A stretch of 64,000 bases of DNA from Polyangiaceae bacterium (GTDB lineage: Bacteria > Myxococcota_A > Polyangia > Polyangiales > Polyangiaceae): assembly GCA_041389725.1 (NCBI GenBank), contig JAWKRG010000003.1, positions 1,222,877 to 1,286,876 on the forward strand, given 5' to 3'. The position numbers and the translations under genes are program-made. Below the pieces are notes generated by a model. The model saw nothing but the letters and a program-made list of their open reading frames with translations. It searched no databases and was not told the origin of the DNA. This document shows, one piece after another, positions 27,655-37,997 of the stretch; the first letter of the stretch is position 1, and every line of letters starts with the position of its first letter.

Positions 27655-27730
27655 GCCGAAGGCCTACGCGCTCGCGTCCCCAGACGCAAGTCCGAGACCT
27701 GGCGTGCCCTCGTCTACCCGAGCACGTACA

Positions 27731-28897
27731 ATGACGCGCATGACCAAGGGGACCGGATTCGCGCTCGGGCTCGTCGCACTGGCTTCCTTGTACGCTGCGT
27801 GCGGGAGTGACGATGCGGGCGGCGGTAAGGGAGGAAGTGGGGGCAGTAGCGGTGCGAGCGGCGGCAGCGGCACGGGAGCGGCGGGCAGCGGTGGCGCGAG
27901 CGGCGCCGGCGCCTCTGGCGCCAGCGGCGGCGCGAGCGGCGCTGGTGCACTGAGCGGCAGCGGCGGCGCCATTGCGGACGCAAGCGCGGACACCAGCGTG
28001 GACGCCGCCACGGACGCACCAGCGGACGTCGATCTGGCCGATGGTTTCGTGAACTTGGCCGCGTGTGCCGTGTACGTGTCGGCCTACACGAACAAGTTTA
28101 AAGAGTGCACCGCGGGTGCCGCGGTGGCCATGGGCACACAAACCCAGGAGCGCGTCGTGGAGCGCTGCGCCCTGGAACTCGCGGCTCCCGGTACGAGCGC
28201 GACTTTGAACGACTTGAACGCCTGCTCCGCAACCCTTCAGGCACAGAGCTGCGCGACCTTCATGGCCAAGCCGCTCTCGGCGTGCGTCGCCGATCCGACC
28301 TCGCCCTTTTGCACTCGGATCGATCCCGCCCTTTTGGGGTGCTCGCCTCCCGCAGGCACCTTGACGAATGGCGCAGCCTGCTTCGCGCACCTGCAGTGTC
28401 AAAGCAACTACTGCAAGGGCGACGCCTCCGGCTGCGGCGTGTGCGCGTCACGAGCCTCGGTCGGCGGCAAGTGCGCTCAAGATGCGGACTGCAACCTCGG
28501 GCTGGCGTGTTTCAAAAACGGCTGCGTCACACCGGTGGCCGCGAGCCAAGCCTGCATCGCCAGTGGCACTCCCTGTGCCTACGGCAATAGCTGCTCAGGT
28601 GGCCTGTGCCAGCCTTGGCGCACGCTAGGCCAAATCTGCGGCGGTGCGGTAGGCTGTGACGCACGTCGTGGGCTGGCGTGCAGCGCCGGAACCTGCGTCA
28701 ACGTCAAGCTGGTAAAGGCCGGCTCGAGCTGTGCCGCAGCGCCGCTGGTGCGGTGCTACGACGAAAGCGACTGCAGCGCTGGGAGTTGCGTGGCCCACAA
28801 CGGTGATGGCACGTCCTGCGGCGCTGCGGGCTGCATGACGTTCTCGTCGTGCCGCGCTGGTTCCTGCGTGCGGGACAACCCGGGCTACTGCTTGTAG
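27731..28897 (+). CDS. Cys-rich secreted lipoprotein
   Basis: ATG 27731 (MTRMTKGTGFALGLVALASLYAACGSD lipobox); Gly/Ser linker; about 38 Cys in Cys-x-Gly-rich repeats (CQSNYC, CGVCASRA, CNLGLAC); the upstream part of the listed ORF is antisense to the LTD gene linker. Confidence 0.65.
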   Translation: MTRMTKGTGFALGLVALASLYAACGSDDAGGGKGGSGGSSGASGGSGTGAAGSGGASGAGASGASGGASGAGALSGSGGAIADASADTSVDAATDAPADVDLADGFVNLAACAVYVSAYTNKFKECTAGAAVAMGTQTQERVVERCALELAAPGTSATLNDLNACSATLQAQSCATFMAKPLSACVADPTSPFCTRIDPALLGCSPPAGTLTNGAACFAHLQCQSNYCKGDASGCGVCASRASVGGKCAQDADCNLGLACFKNGCVTPVAASQACIASGTPCAYGNSCSGGLCQPWRTLGQICGGAVGCDARRGLACSAGTCVNVKLVKAGSSCAAAPLVRCYDESDCSAGSCVAHNGDGTSCGAAGCMTFSSCRAGSCVRDNPGYCL

Positions 28898-30210
<1,313 letters not shown>

Positions 30211-30214
<4 letters not shown>

Positions 30215-30237
30215 CTGATGTGCTTTGCATAAGCAAA
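30211..30237. promoter_or_regulatory. AT-rich dyad-symmetric elements (gcacctgatgtgc and tttgcataagcaaa), a candidate bEBP upstream activating sequence
   Basis: Two adjacent palindromes in the most AT-rich stretch of the intergenic region, about 60-85 bp upstream of the -24 element; overlaps the 5' end of the bEBP gene if GTG 30214 is its start. Confidence 0.35.
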
Positions 30238-30296
30238 ATCAATCTACTGCTCGGGCCGGCACCCAGCCAGCGCGGCTTCTCCAACGAAAGGCGCAC

Positions 30297-30311
30297 GGCA
30301 CGGCCTTCGCA
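30297..30311 (+). promoter_or_regulatory. candidate sigma-54 (-24/-12) promoter for the YqiJ/NfeD-flotillin operon
   Basis: cGGCACGgcctTcGCa matches TGGCACG-N4-TTGCW; GG at 30297-98 and GC at 30309-10 have the canonical 11-nt register; AGGAGG RBS at 30324-29 and GTG at 30335; the divergent neighbour is a sigma-54 bEBP. Confidence 0.5.
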
Positions 30312-30334
30312 ATGGCCATCTTCAGGAGGTCGTC

Positions 30335-30985
30335 GTGAACCCGCTCGCCTGGAACAACCTAGTCTTTCTGATCCCCATCGCCTTGGCTGTCGTTCTGATG
30401 TTCGGCTCGGCGACGGGGCTATCGGAATTCGGTGCCGATGTGGATGTGGATGCGGACGTCAACGTCGACGCGGATGCAGACATGGACGCGGACGCCGACG
30501 CCGACGCGGACACCGAGCACGACGCTGACGGTGGCTATTCGGTGCTGACGCTCCTGGGAGTTGGCAAAGTCCCGCTCTCCTTGCTGCTGATGACGGCGCT
30601 GTTTCTATTCGGCGGCATCGGACTCTGCACCAGCACCATCCTGTCGCCGGTGCTCGGAGGAAATCTTGCCGGCGTCGTGGCTCTGACTGGTGCCGTCGTA
30701 GGTGCCGCAGTGCTCACCGGCGTGGTGGCGCGGATCGTGGCGCGAGTGCTGCCTTCCACCGAAACCTACGCCGGCGACGAGCTGGATCTGGTGGGCTGCA
30801 CGGGAGTGGCGCTGCTGGACATCGGCGAAAGCTTCGGCGTGGCGCACGTGGCCGATGACGGCGGTGCGCTGATGAAGATCCGCTGCCGCACCTACGAAGG
30901 CCGCATCGAGAAGGGGGCTGCGGTGCTGGTCACCGAGCTCGACCCCGAGAGCCACGTGTTCACCGTGGAAAAGAGCCCCGTCTGA
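30335..30985 (+). CDS. YqiJ/NfeD-like membrane protein (DUF1449-type) with acidic (Asp-Ala)n loop
   Basis: N-terminal TM helix; DVDVDADVNVDADADMDADADADAD segment; further TM helices; C-terminal OB-fold-like soluble domain; immediately upstream of a flotillin gene as in the E. coli yqiJ-yqiK pair; AGGAGG RBS 6 nt before GTG 30335. Confidence 0.6.
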   Translation: MNPLAWNNLVFLIPIALAVVLMFGSATGLSEFGADVDVDADVNVDADADMDADADADADTEHDADGGYSVLTLLGVGKVPLSLLLMTALFLFGGIGLCTSTILSPVLGGNLAGVVALTGAVVGAAVLTGVVARIVARVLPSTETYAGDELDLVGCTGVALLDIGESFGVAHVADDGGALMKIRCRTYEGRIEKGAAVLVTELDPESHVFTVEKSPV

Positions 30986-31072
30986 ACCTGACCAAGGCAG
31001 CCCATCGCTGCTCGGGATGCGCCCGAATGCTGCGAAACGGCTGCAAAACGCCCGACTAACGGGAGGTGTGTG

Positions 31073-32929
31073 ATGACCATCGTGCTGCTCTGCGTTCTTT
31101 CAACCCTGCTTCTGGCGGGCCCCTTCGCGGCCAGCGCGTTGGGGCATCCGCTGGACCCGCTGACCAACGTGATCCTCACGGCCAGTGGGATCTTCACCTT
31201 CGTGTTGACGGCGGTAGTGCTGATCGTCACCAAGCTGTACCAAAAGACCAAGGCTTCGGAAGCATTCGTGCGCACCGGCGCCGGTGGTGTGAAGGTCATC
31301 CGTGACGGAGGCGCGCTGATCGTCCCGGTGATGCACGAACTGATCCGCGTCAGCCTCCAGACGCTGAAGCTGGAGGTGGTGCGCGAGAATCAGGACGCGC
31401 TGATCACCCAGGACAAGCTGCGGGCGGACATCCGCGCGGAGTTCTTCGTGCGGGTGCAGCCGGACCGAGACAGCATCTTGCAGGCCGCGCGCTCCCTGGG
31501 CGACTGCATGCAGGACCGTCAGGCGGTGAAAGCCGTGGTAGAGGACAAGCTCGTGAGCGCGTTGCGCACTGCGGCTGCCAGCAAGACCCTCGAACAGCTG
31601 AACTCGGAACGTGACGAGTTCTCGAGTGAGGTGATGAAGCTGTTGGCCGAGGACCTGCGGTCCAACGGACTGGTGCTGGAGACCGTGACCATTTCCAAGC
31701 TCGACCAGACGGACGAGCAGTACCTGAAGGCGGAGAACATTTTCGATGCCCAAGGGCGCAGGAAGATCGCGGAGATCACTCAGCTGAACCTCACCGAGCG
31801 CAACCGCCTGGTGCGCGCCGGCGAGCAGGCCCGCAAGGAGCAAGACGTCCAGACCCGGCGTCAGGTGCTCGATTTCGAGCGCCAAGAAGCCGAAGCGCAG
31901 GCCCGGCAGCAGGCCGAAATCCAAAAGATCGAGGCCGACGCCGCTCGCGAAGCGGAGGAGAAGCGCATCCTAGCCGAGCGCGAGGTGCTGCTCGCGGGCA
32001 TCGCCAAGACCAAGGACCTCGAGCTCGCCACGCGCCTGCAGCAACAGGCCATCGAGGTGGCGGAGCGCGAGAAGCAACAGCGCATTGCCATGGCCGAGAA
32101 GGACCGGGCGGCAGCCGAGCGGGAGCTGGCGACCGCGGAAGCCGAGCGGGAGCGCGCTCGGCAGATGGTGGAGACCGTGCGCGTGACCGAGGAGGCCAAT
32201 CGTCAGAAAGAGAAACAAGTCATCGATGCCCAAGCTCTGGCCGAGCAAATGTTCGTGGCGGAGCAGCGCAAGGCGGACGCCGACGCCTATGGTCGGCAGA
32301 AGCAAGCCGACGCGCAGAAAGCCGCGGCGGATGCCGAAGCCGAAGCCATTCGCAAGAGAGCCCAGGCGGACGCGGAGGCCGAACAAGCCCGCGCGGCGGG
32401 TGAGCGTGCTCGCGCCATGGTTCCCGTGGACGTGCGCAAGGCAGAGCTCGCCGTGGAGAAGGATCGCATTCAGAACGTCGTGAAGGCCGAGCTGGAAGCT
32501 CGGGAAAAGCACGGCAAGGTCGCTCAGGAGTTCGAGATCGCAAAGCTCCGCGTTGAAGCGGAGAAGGAGGTTCGGATCGCCACCGCCCACGCCCAGGCCA
32601 GCCTGTTCACCAAGATGCAAGCGAACCTGTACGGCACCACGGCGGACGTGGAAAAACTGATGACATCACTGCTCGCTGGACAACGTGTCGCAACGACTCT
32701 CGGTGGGTTCTTCGACACCGCCGACGACAAGACCCTGGGCGCAGCCCTGGGTCTGATGGACAGTGTGCAGGGCATTGCCACCGCCGCGCGGGACCGCCTG
32801 GCGAGCCCGCCGGTGGCGCAGGCTCCGGCTCCTGCGCCAGATCCGGAACCGGAACGCATCGTGCCCGGCATCGAGTTCGACGAGGGTCGAGCTCTTGGCG
32901 GGCGAGTGAACTCAGGCTGGCGAGAGTGA
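31073..32929 (+). CDS. flotillin-like SPFH/Band-7 protein
   Basis: N-terminal membrane anchor; SPFH domain; about 250-aa Glu/Ala/Arg/Gln-rich coiled coil (EAEAQARQQAEIQKIEADAAREAEEKR); GGGAGG RBS; ATG 31073 (alternative GTG 31070). Confidence 0.8.
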   Translation: MTIVLLCVLSTLLLAGPFAASALGHPLDPLTNVILTASGIFTFVLTAVVLIVTKLYQKTKASEAFVRTGAGGVKVIRDGGALIVPVMHELIRVSLQTLKLEVVRENQDALITQDKLRADIRAEFFVRVQPDRDSILQAARSLGDCMQDRQAVKAVVEDKLVSALRTAAASKTLEQLNSERDEFSSEVMKLLAEDLRSNGLVLETVTISKLDQTDEQYLKAENIFDAQGRRKIAEITQLNLTERNRLVRAGEQARKEQDVQTRRQVLDFERQEAEAQARQQAEIQKIEADAAREAEEKRILAEREVLLAGIAKTKDLELATRLQQQAIEVAEREKQQRIAMAEKDRAAAERELATAEAERERARQMVETVRVTEEANRQKEKQVIDAQALAEQMFVAEQRKADADAYGRQKQADAQKAAADAEAEAIRKRAQADAEAEQARAAGERARAMVPVDVRKAELAVEKDRIQNVVKAELEAREKHGKVAQEFEIAKLRVEAEKEVRIATAHAQASLFTKMQANLYGTTADVEKLMTSLLAGQRVATTLGGFFDTADDKTLGAALGLMDSVQGIATAARDRLASPPVAQAPAPAPDPEPERIVPGIEFDEGRALGGRVNSGWRE

Positions 32930-32935
32930 ACCCAG

Positions 32936-32964
32936 GCCGGCGAGGGATCTTCCCTCGCCGGCCC
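32936..32964 (+). terminator. intrinsic terminator-like hairpin after the flotillin gene
   Basis: Perfect 13-bp stem ggccggcgaggga / tccctcgccggcc with a 3-nt loop tct, starting 7 nt after the stop, followed by ctctctcttcc. Confidence 0.6.
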
Positions 32965-33174
32965 TCTCTCTTCCACTTGCATCGGGTTTCCCACCTACGT
33001 CACCCCGTTTGGCGCGATGTGGAGACGCTGTGGCGCATTCAGTCAAGCCGCAGGCGGAGATGTCCGCAGGCAGCGCGCGTAAGATCACTCAATCTCTTGG
33101 AGCCAGCCGCCGCCCACGGCCGGTGCCGCTTCGTCATCGAGTCCTTGGGCGTCCCCGCAGGGAAGATCATCATC

Positions 33175-34287
33175 ATGCGCGTACACGCTTTCATCTTTGC
33201 CGTGCTCTCTTTGACCGCGGCTTGCAGCTCATCGAAGGGGTCGGGCGGCGGGGCGACGGGAGGCACCGCGGGCGCCGGCGCGGGTGGCACGGGTGGCGGT
33301 GGGGGCGCCAGCGGTGGAGGCGGCGTGGGCGCCAACGGCGGCGGAGGAGGAGCCGGCGCTGCCGGGACCGCTCTGCCTGCCACCACCTTCCTCTTCGAAC
33401 GCCGCGTCGATGCCAACCGGGATCACCTGATTGCCATGGACTACGCGACGGGGCAGGAACGCATCGTCTCCACCTTGGTTCAACCCAACTCCGACGGTTG
33501 GAACATCGACGGCGTCGCCGTCTCCCCGGATCGCACGCGCATCGTCCTAGCGTCGCCCTACGGCCCTACCCAGCAAGACACGCTGACGGGCATCGCTGCC
33601 CAGCGCCTTTGGAGCATGAACACCGAGGGTGGCGACATGGTGCGCCTGACCCCCGTTTTCGAGGGCGGCGTCGACACGACCAAGATCGACGTTCGCAACC
33701 CGGTCTTCACCCCGGACGGGTTGAACGTGTTCTACGAGTACGGCGAGTACAACGGGGGGTCTTGGTACGTCGCGCCCTGGTGGGTGGGGTCAGGGGGCAA
33801 CGCCGTGCCGTCCCTGTTCCAGACCCAGCAGAGCTGCTCGATCAACAACAACCCGGCGGTCAATCCCGTCACCGGCGACTTGCTGTTGAAACACACCGTA
33901 TGCCTCCCCAGCGTCAAAGGCGGCTACTACCTGTATCCCGCCGCGGGCGGGACGCCGACCCAGCTCGTGGACGAGACGGGCTCGGACCTGCGGCGTCCGG
34001 TGTTCAGCTTCGATGGCAGCGCGTTCCTGTTCACGGCCCGCTCGAGCACCGATCAGATCCAGTCCCTCTATCTCTACCTGCTCAGCACGCAGCAGCTGGC
34101 CCTGGTGATCAGCGGGAGCCAGGGCGTGGACGTGGTCGACGGTTCGTTCGCGCCGGACAACGCCCACATCGTCTACTGCGTGAATCAGGCGGGGAGCACG
34201 AACCTGCGCTTGTTCGACTTGAGCGTCGATCCACCGGTCGACACGCCGCTCACCAGTGACGGCGCGAGCTGCAGCCCGGTGTTCTGA
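33175..34287 (+). CDS. lipoprotein with Gly-rich linker and PD40/TolB-like beta-propeller region
   Basis: ATG 33175 (MRVHAFIFAVLSLTAACSSS lipobox); GGTGGAGAGG linker; repeated FxPDG motifs (VSPDRTRIV, FTPDGLNVF, FSFDGSAFLF, FAPDNAHIV). Confidence 0.65.
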   Translation: MRVHAFIFAVLSLTAACSSSKGSGGGATGGTAGAGAGGTGGGGGASGGGGVGANGGGGGAGAAGTALPATTFLFERRVDANRDHLIAMDYATGQERIVSTLVQPNSDGWNIDGVAVSPDRTRIVLASPYGPTQQDTLTGIAAQRLWSMNTEGGDMVRLTPVFEGGVDTTKIDVRNPVFTPDGLNVFYEYGEYNGGSWYVAPWWVGSGGNAVPSLFQTQQSCSINNNPAVNPVTGDLLLKHTVCLPSVKGGYYLYPAAGGTPTQLVDETGSDLRRPVFSFDGSAFLFTARSSTDQIQSLYLYLLSTQQLALVISGSQGVDVVDGSFAPDNAHIVYCVNQAGSTNLRLFDLSVDPPVDTPLTSDGASCSPVF

Positions 34288-34502
34288 GAACCGCGGGATT
34301 GAGCCCCCGGGCGGGCGACAGTCCAGGTCGGGAGCCGGAATCGGTCTTGTCCAGCGGCTCCCCTGGCAACGAGTGCTCCTCGCCCGACGGCTACCTAGCT
34401 TCGAGCGCGCGGACGCCCTTGCTCCCCGCAAAGTTGACGAGCGGCGCTAGGTTGAGGACGCTGGGAGCGAGCGGCGGGTGCCGCAGAAAGCAGGAGAATG
34501 AC

Positions 34503-35198
34503 ATGCGATCGACGTTGATCACTCTGTGCGCCGCAGGCTGTTTGCTGGTCACGATTCCGGCGAAGGCTCAGGAATTCCCGGCGCAGGGCACCTTTGCCGT
34601 GGGCGCCGAACGGCTTTTCGGTTTCGCGCACACCACCATCAAGACGGAGATCGACACCCCGGCGGGCACCGCCGAGAGCGACACGACGAGCGACACCTTC
34701 TTCTTTCTCGGCTCCATCGACGGCACCCCCTGGGTCGCCCCGCGCATCGGCTTCGACTACTTCATCATCGATTCCCTGAGCCTGGGCGGATCCCTGACCT
34801 ACGTCAGCGACTCCCGAGAGACGGACAACACGCAGCCCAACGGCAACACGAACCGTGGCCCAGACGTGGACGACAGCGCGATCCTATTCGCCCCGCGCGT
34901 GGGCTACGCCTACATGTTCAGCGAGGTGGTCGGCATCTGGCCGCGCGGCGGCCTCAGCTACGTGAGCGGCAAGCACAAGGAGGACGACAACGAGGATAGC
35001 TTCCACAACTTGGCGCTTTCCCTGGAGGCCATGCTCGTCATCGCGCCGGTGCCCCACGCCGGTTTCCTCGTGGGCCCCACCTTGGACTTCCCCTTCGTCG
35101 GATCAGGAGAGCGTGACAACGGCCAGCAGAAGACGGACATCGACAAGTACCGCATCACGACCATCGGCCTGCAGGCGGGCATGTTCGTGTGGTTCTGA
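34503..35198 (+). CDS. outer-membrane beta-barrel protein (OmpW/OmpA-like, 8-10 strands)
   Basis: Signal peptide MRSTLITLCAAGCLLVTIPAKAQE; alternating hydrophobic beta strands; C-terminal aromatic residue (GMFVWF). Confidence 0.6.
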   Translation: MRSTLITLCAAGCLLVTIPAKAQEFPAQGTFAVGAERLFGFAHTTIKTEIDTPAGTAESDTTSDTFFFLGSIDGTPWVAPRIGFDYFIIDSLSLGGSLTYVSDSRETDNTQPNGNTNRGPDVDDSAILFAPRVGYAYMFSEVVGIWPRGGLSYVSGKHKEDDNEDSFHNLALSLEAMLVIAPVPHAGFLVGPTLDFPFVGSGERDNGQQKTDIDKYRITTIGLQAGMFVWF

Positions 35199-35202
35199 GC
35201 GC

Positions 35203-35236
35203 CGCCCGGGCTTGGTGGGCCCCCGGGCGGGCGGCA
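35203..35236 (+). terminator. GC-rich hairpin after the OMP gene stop
   Basis: ccgcccggg-cttggtgggcc-cccgggcgg, a 9-bp stem, followed by cagcccgcgttt. Confidence 0.35.
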
Positions 35237-35377
35237 GCCCGCGTTTGGGGGCCCCCGCGGCCCCCAACGTGGCGGCGGATCATCCAAGGACCGACAGATG
35301 CGACCCACCATCGACCCGTGGCGGGGCCGCGGGCCGTGGGGCGTGAGCGAGTGCGGGGGCACCCAATCCAAATTGGA

Positions 35378-35917
35378 TCAGGCGGCGCGCAGGGTTTCTT
35401 CGCACGCGGGTTGCGTAGGCGCTAGGGCTTCGCGAAGCATGCGGCGACCGCGGAACAGGCGACTCATCACGGTGCCCACCGGAATGCTCAGCGCCTCGGC
35501 GGCGTCGCGATAGCTGCGCTCGTCCAGATCGACCAAGCGCACGACGTCACCAAAGGCGGGCGGGAGTTGTCCGAGGGCGTGCGCCACGGAAGGACTCAGG
35601 GCTTCCATGGCGACGGGCGCATCGCGGTGAGTCCAGGCGCAGGGATCGGTTGTCAAGACTTCCAGGGCGCGGCGTTCGCGCTTCAGCCGGCGGCAGCGCG
35701 TCACGAACACGCTGAACAGCACTTGCTGCACCCAAGCGCGAAGGTTCGTTCCGGGGACGTAGCTCGACTCGAAGCGCAGGGCGCGCTCCACCGTGTCCTG
35801 GACCAGATCGTGAGCGTCCGTGCGGTTCAGGCACAGCTTGAGCGCTCGAGCGCGCAGCGCGGGAAGGTGTTCCGTGATTTCGTCGCGCATGGTTCGAGCG
35901 GGGCTTTCCGTGGGCAT
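35378..35917 (-). CDS. ECF-type RNA polymerase sigma-70 factor
   Basis: Region 2 (DLVQDTVERALR); region 4 HTH (SYRDAAEALSIPVGTVMSRL); start ambiguous between ATG 35917 and ATG 35890. Confidence 0.8.
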   Translation of the reverse strand: MPTESPARTMRDEITEHLPALRARALKLCLNRTDAHDLVQDTVERALRFESSYVPGTNLRAWVQQVLFSVFVTRCRRLKRERRALEVLTTDPCAWTHRDAPVAMEALSPSVAHALGQLPPAFGDVVRLVDLDERSYRDAAEALSIPVGTVMSRLFRGRRMLREALAPTQPACEETLRAA

Positions 35918-36025
35918 TGATGTCCTCCGTCCGCTGCCCATCGCAAGGGCCGTGCCAGCCCTCGTCTAGGCAAAATCCACGTATTTCCCGGGGATCCGCG
36001 CGTCCGTAGGGACGCAGGTCGCGTG

Positions 36026-37579
36026 TCAAAGTGGCAGCGGGGACTCGAGCGGCGCCAGGTCGGCAAGGGCGCCCACCAGGCCGTCGGCGATCTCGCGGGC
36101 CAGCATGCCGCGGTCCGCCCCGTGTTCGCGCTGCCAGCGCTGACCGCTCCGCGCGTGCAGATACACGGCCAAGGCAGCCGCGCGCCGAGGCTCGTGTCGC
36201 GCCAAGAAGGCGCCCACGGCACCGGACAAGACGTCACCGGAGCCAGCAGTCGCCAGGGCCGGCGCGGCGCCATCGTTGATCCAGACAGTCGAGTCGCTCT
36301 CGGCGATCAGCGTGCAGGGTCCTTTCAGCACGACGATCGCGTGGGTACGGTCTGCTGCCTGTTGAACCGCTGCAAAGCGATCGGCTTCGACGGTCGCAGT
36401 GGAGACACCCAGCAAGCGCCCGAGCTCGCCGGGGTGAGGCGTGAGCACCCGCGTGGCGCCAAGTCGTTGCTCGCCCTTCCAACCTGCTAGCAGCGTGATC
36501 GCATCGGCATCGAGCACGACGGGCTGAGTGGCCTGCGCCAGCACGGCGCGCAGCACCCGTGCGGCGCGCTCGTCACTGCCGAAGCCAGGCCCGATCACCA
36601 CGCTGTCGCAGCGTTGCAGCAGTGCGCCGACACTCTCGTCGAGGCGCTGCTCATCGAGGGGGGCGGTCATCTCTTCGAGCACGCGCGGGGCCAGCAACGC
36701 CAGGGTGTCGTCGAACCCCGCCAAGGTCACCAGGCCCGCCCCCGCGCGCAGTGCTCCCCGCGCGCAGAGCAGCGCAGCGCCGCTGGTCCCCGCGCGGCCC
36801 GCAAAGCAAAGTACGTGACCCGCGCTTCGCTTGTGGGCGTCGGCAGCGCGCGGTGAGAGCCAGCCGCGAAGGTCACGGGCCTCGAGGATTTGTGCAGAGT
36901 GGCCGGCGCGCTCGACCATCGACTCGGGAATGCCGATGTCGGCAACGACGATGCGCCCGGCGTGGCGCGCTCCCGCAGACGTGTAGAGTCCGAGCTTGCG
37001 TTGGGCAAAGGTGACCGTCACGTCGGCGCGGACCGCGACGCCGAGCACGGCGCCGGTGTTGGCGCAAAGCCCGGATGGGATGTCCAAGGCGACGCAGCGC
37101 GCCGGCACGGTGCCGAGTCGCGTGATGATCTGCGCCAGATGGCCTTCGATGGGACGATCCAGCCCTGTGCCGAACAGTGCATCCACCACCACGTCGCCCA
37201 ACCGCAGCGCGTCGAGTTCGTGCTCGACCACGCTTGCTTCGTCGGCGCTGCGACTCAGGAGCACTGGCTGCCCCAGGCCTGTCCAGGCGCGGTAGTTGGT
37301 GAGGGCGTCACCCTTCAGTTTCGCGGGGTCGACCACGGAGACCACGGTGACTGAGATGCCGAGGGTGTGCAGTCGGCGCGCGACGACGTAACCGTCGCCC
37401 CCGTTGTTGCCCGCACCACAGAGCACCAGGGCACGAGCGTCCGGCGCGCACAGCTCCGCAATGACGGACGCTGCGCCGCGGCCGGCGTTCTCCATCAACG
37501 TGACGCCCGGCACCGCGCACTCGTCGATGGCGAGAGCATCGAGCTTGCGGCTCTGCTCGCGGGACAGCACGGGGATCAT
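36026..37579 (-). CDS. nnr: bifunctional NAD(P)H-hydrate epimerase / ADP-dependent NAD(P)H-hydrate dehydratase
   Basis: YjeF N-terminal domain (LVLCGAGNNGGDGYVVAR) fused to the C-terminal carbohydrate-kinase-like domain (GPGFG, ATAGSGDVLSG). Confidence 0.85.
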   Translation of the reverse strand: MIPVLSREQSRKLDALAIDECAVPGVTLMENAGRGAASVIAELCAPDARALVLCGAGNNGGDGYVVARRLHTLGISVTVVSVVDPAKLKGDALTNYRAWTGLGQPVLLSRSADEASVVEHELDALRLGDVVVDALFGTGLDRPIEGHLAQIITRLGTVPARCVALDIPSGLCANTGAVLGVAVRADVTVTFAQRKLGLYTSAGARHAGRIVVADIGIPESMVERAGHSAQILEARDLRGWLSPRAADAHKRSAGHVLCFAGRAGTSGAALLCARGALRAGAGLVTLAGFDDTLALLAPRVLEEMTAPLDEQRLDESVGALLQRCDSVVIGPGFGSDERAARVLRAVLAQATQPVVLDADAITLLAGWKGEQRLGATRVLTPHPGELGRLLGVSTATVEADRFAAVQQAADRTHAIVVLKGPCTLIAESDSTVWINDGAAPALATAGSGDVLSGAVGAFLARHEPRRAAALAVYLHARSGQRWQREHGADRGMLAREIADGLVGALADLAPLESPLPL

Positions 37580-37956
37580 GCCTCTCGCTCCAACACGACG
37601 ACGGCGGCCGCGACGTCCGCATCGTGCGTGATGCTCACCAGCGCTCGCGCGACGCCGAGAGCCTCCGCACGAGCCAACGCCGCGCCAGTCCAGGACAAGC
37701 GCGGCAAGCCCGAAGCGTCGCGCCGCACTTCCACGTCTTGAAACCAGACGTCCTGGGGCGCGCCCAGGGCCTTGCTGAACGCTTCTTTGGCTGCGAAGCG
37801 CCCGGCCAGGGTGACGGCACGATCTCCACGTATCCCATCGAGATCCTGTTGCTCTGCGGGCGTCAGGATCCGCTGCCAGAAACGCAGCCCGTGGCGTGCG
37901 AGGGCGGCACGAATCCTCGGGATCGAGGCCACGTCGATGCCGAGGCCAATCACCAT
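37576..37956 (-). CDS. acpS: holo-[acyl-carrier-protein] synthase
   Basis: 126 aa; GIGIDVASIPRIR and AAKEAFSKALG motifs; 4-bp overlap with nnr; the pdxJ-acpS order matches the E. coli operon. Confidence 0.85.
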   Translation of the reverse strand: MVIGLGIDVASIPRIRAALARHGLRFWQRILTPAEQQDLDGIRGDRAVTLAGRFAAKEAFSKALGAPQDVWFQDVEVRRDASGLPRLSWTGAALARAEALGVARALVSITHDADVAAAVVVLEREA

Positions 37957-37997
37957 GTTTTTAGCTTCCGCCGCGGCGCGAGAGCTGTCGAGGGAAA

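Noticed and set aside
27074-27730. N-terminal 219 codons of the 27074-28897 ORF (PPLEAPPLDAPP repeats)
   Set aside because: This part is the antisense translation of the Gly/Ser linker of the minus-strand LTD lipoprotein gene. The real start is taken as ATG 27731 with signal peptide and lipobox.
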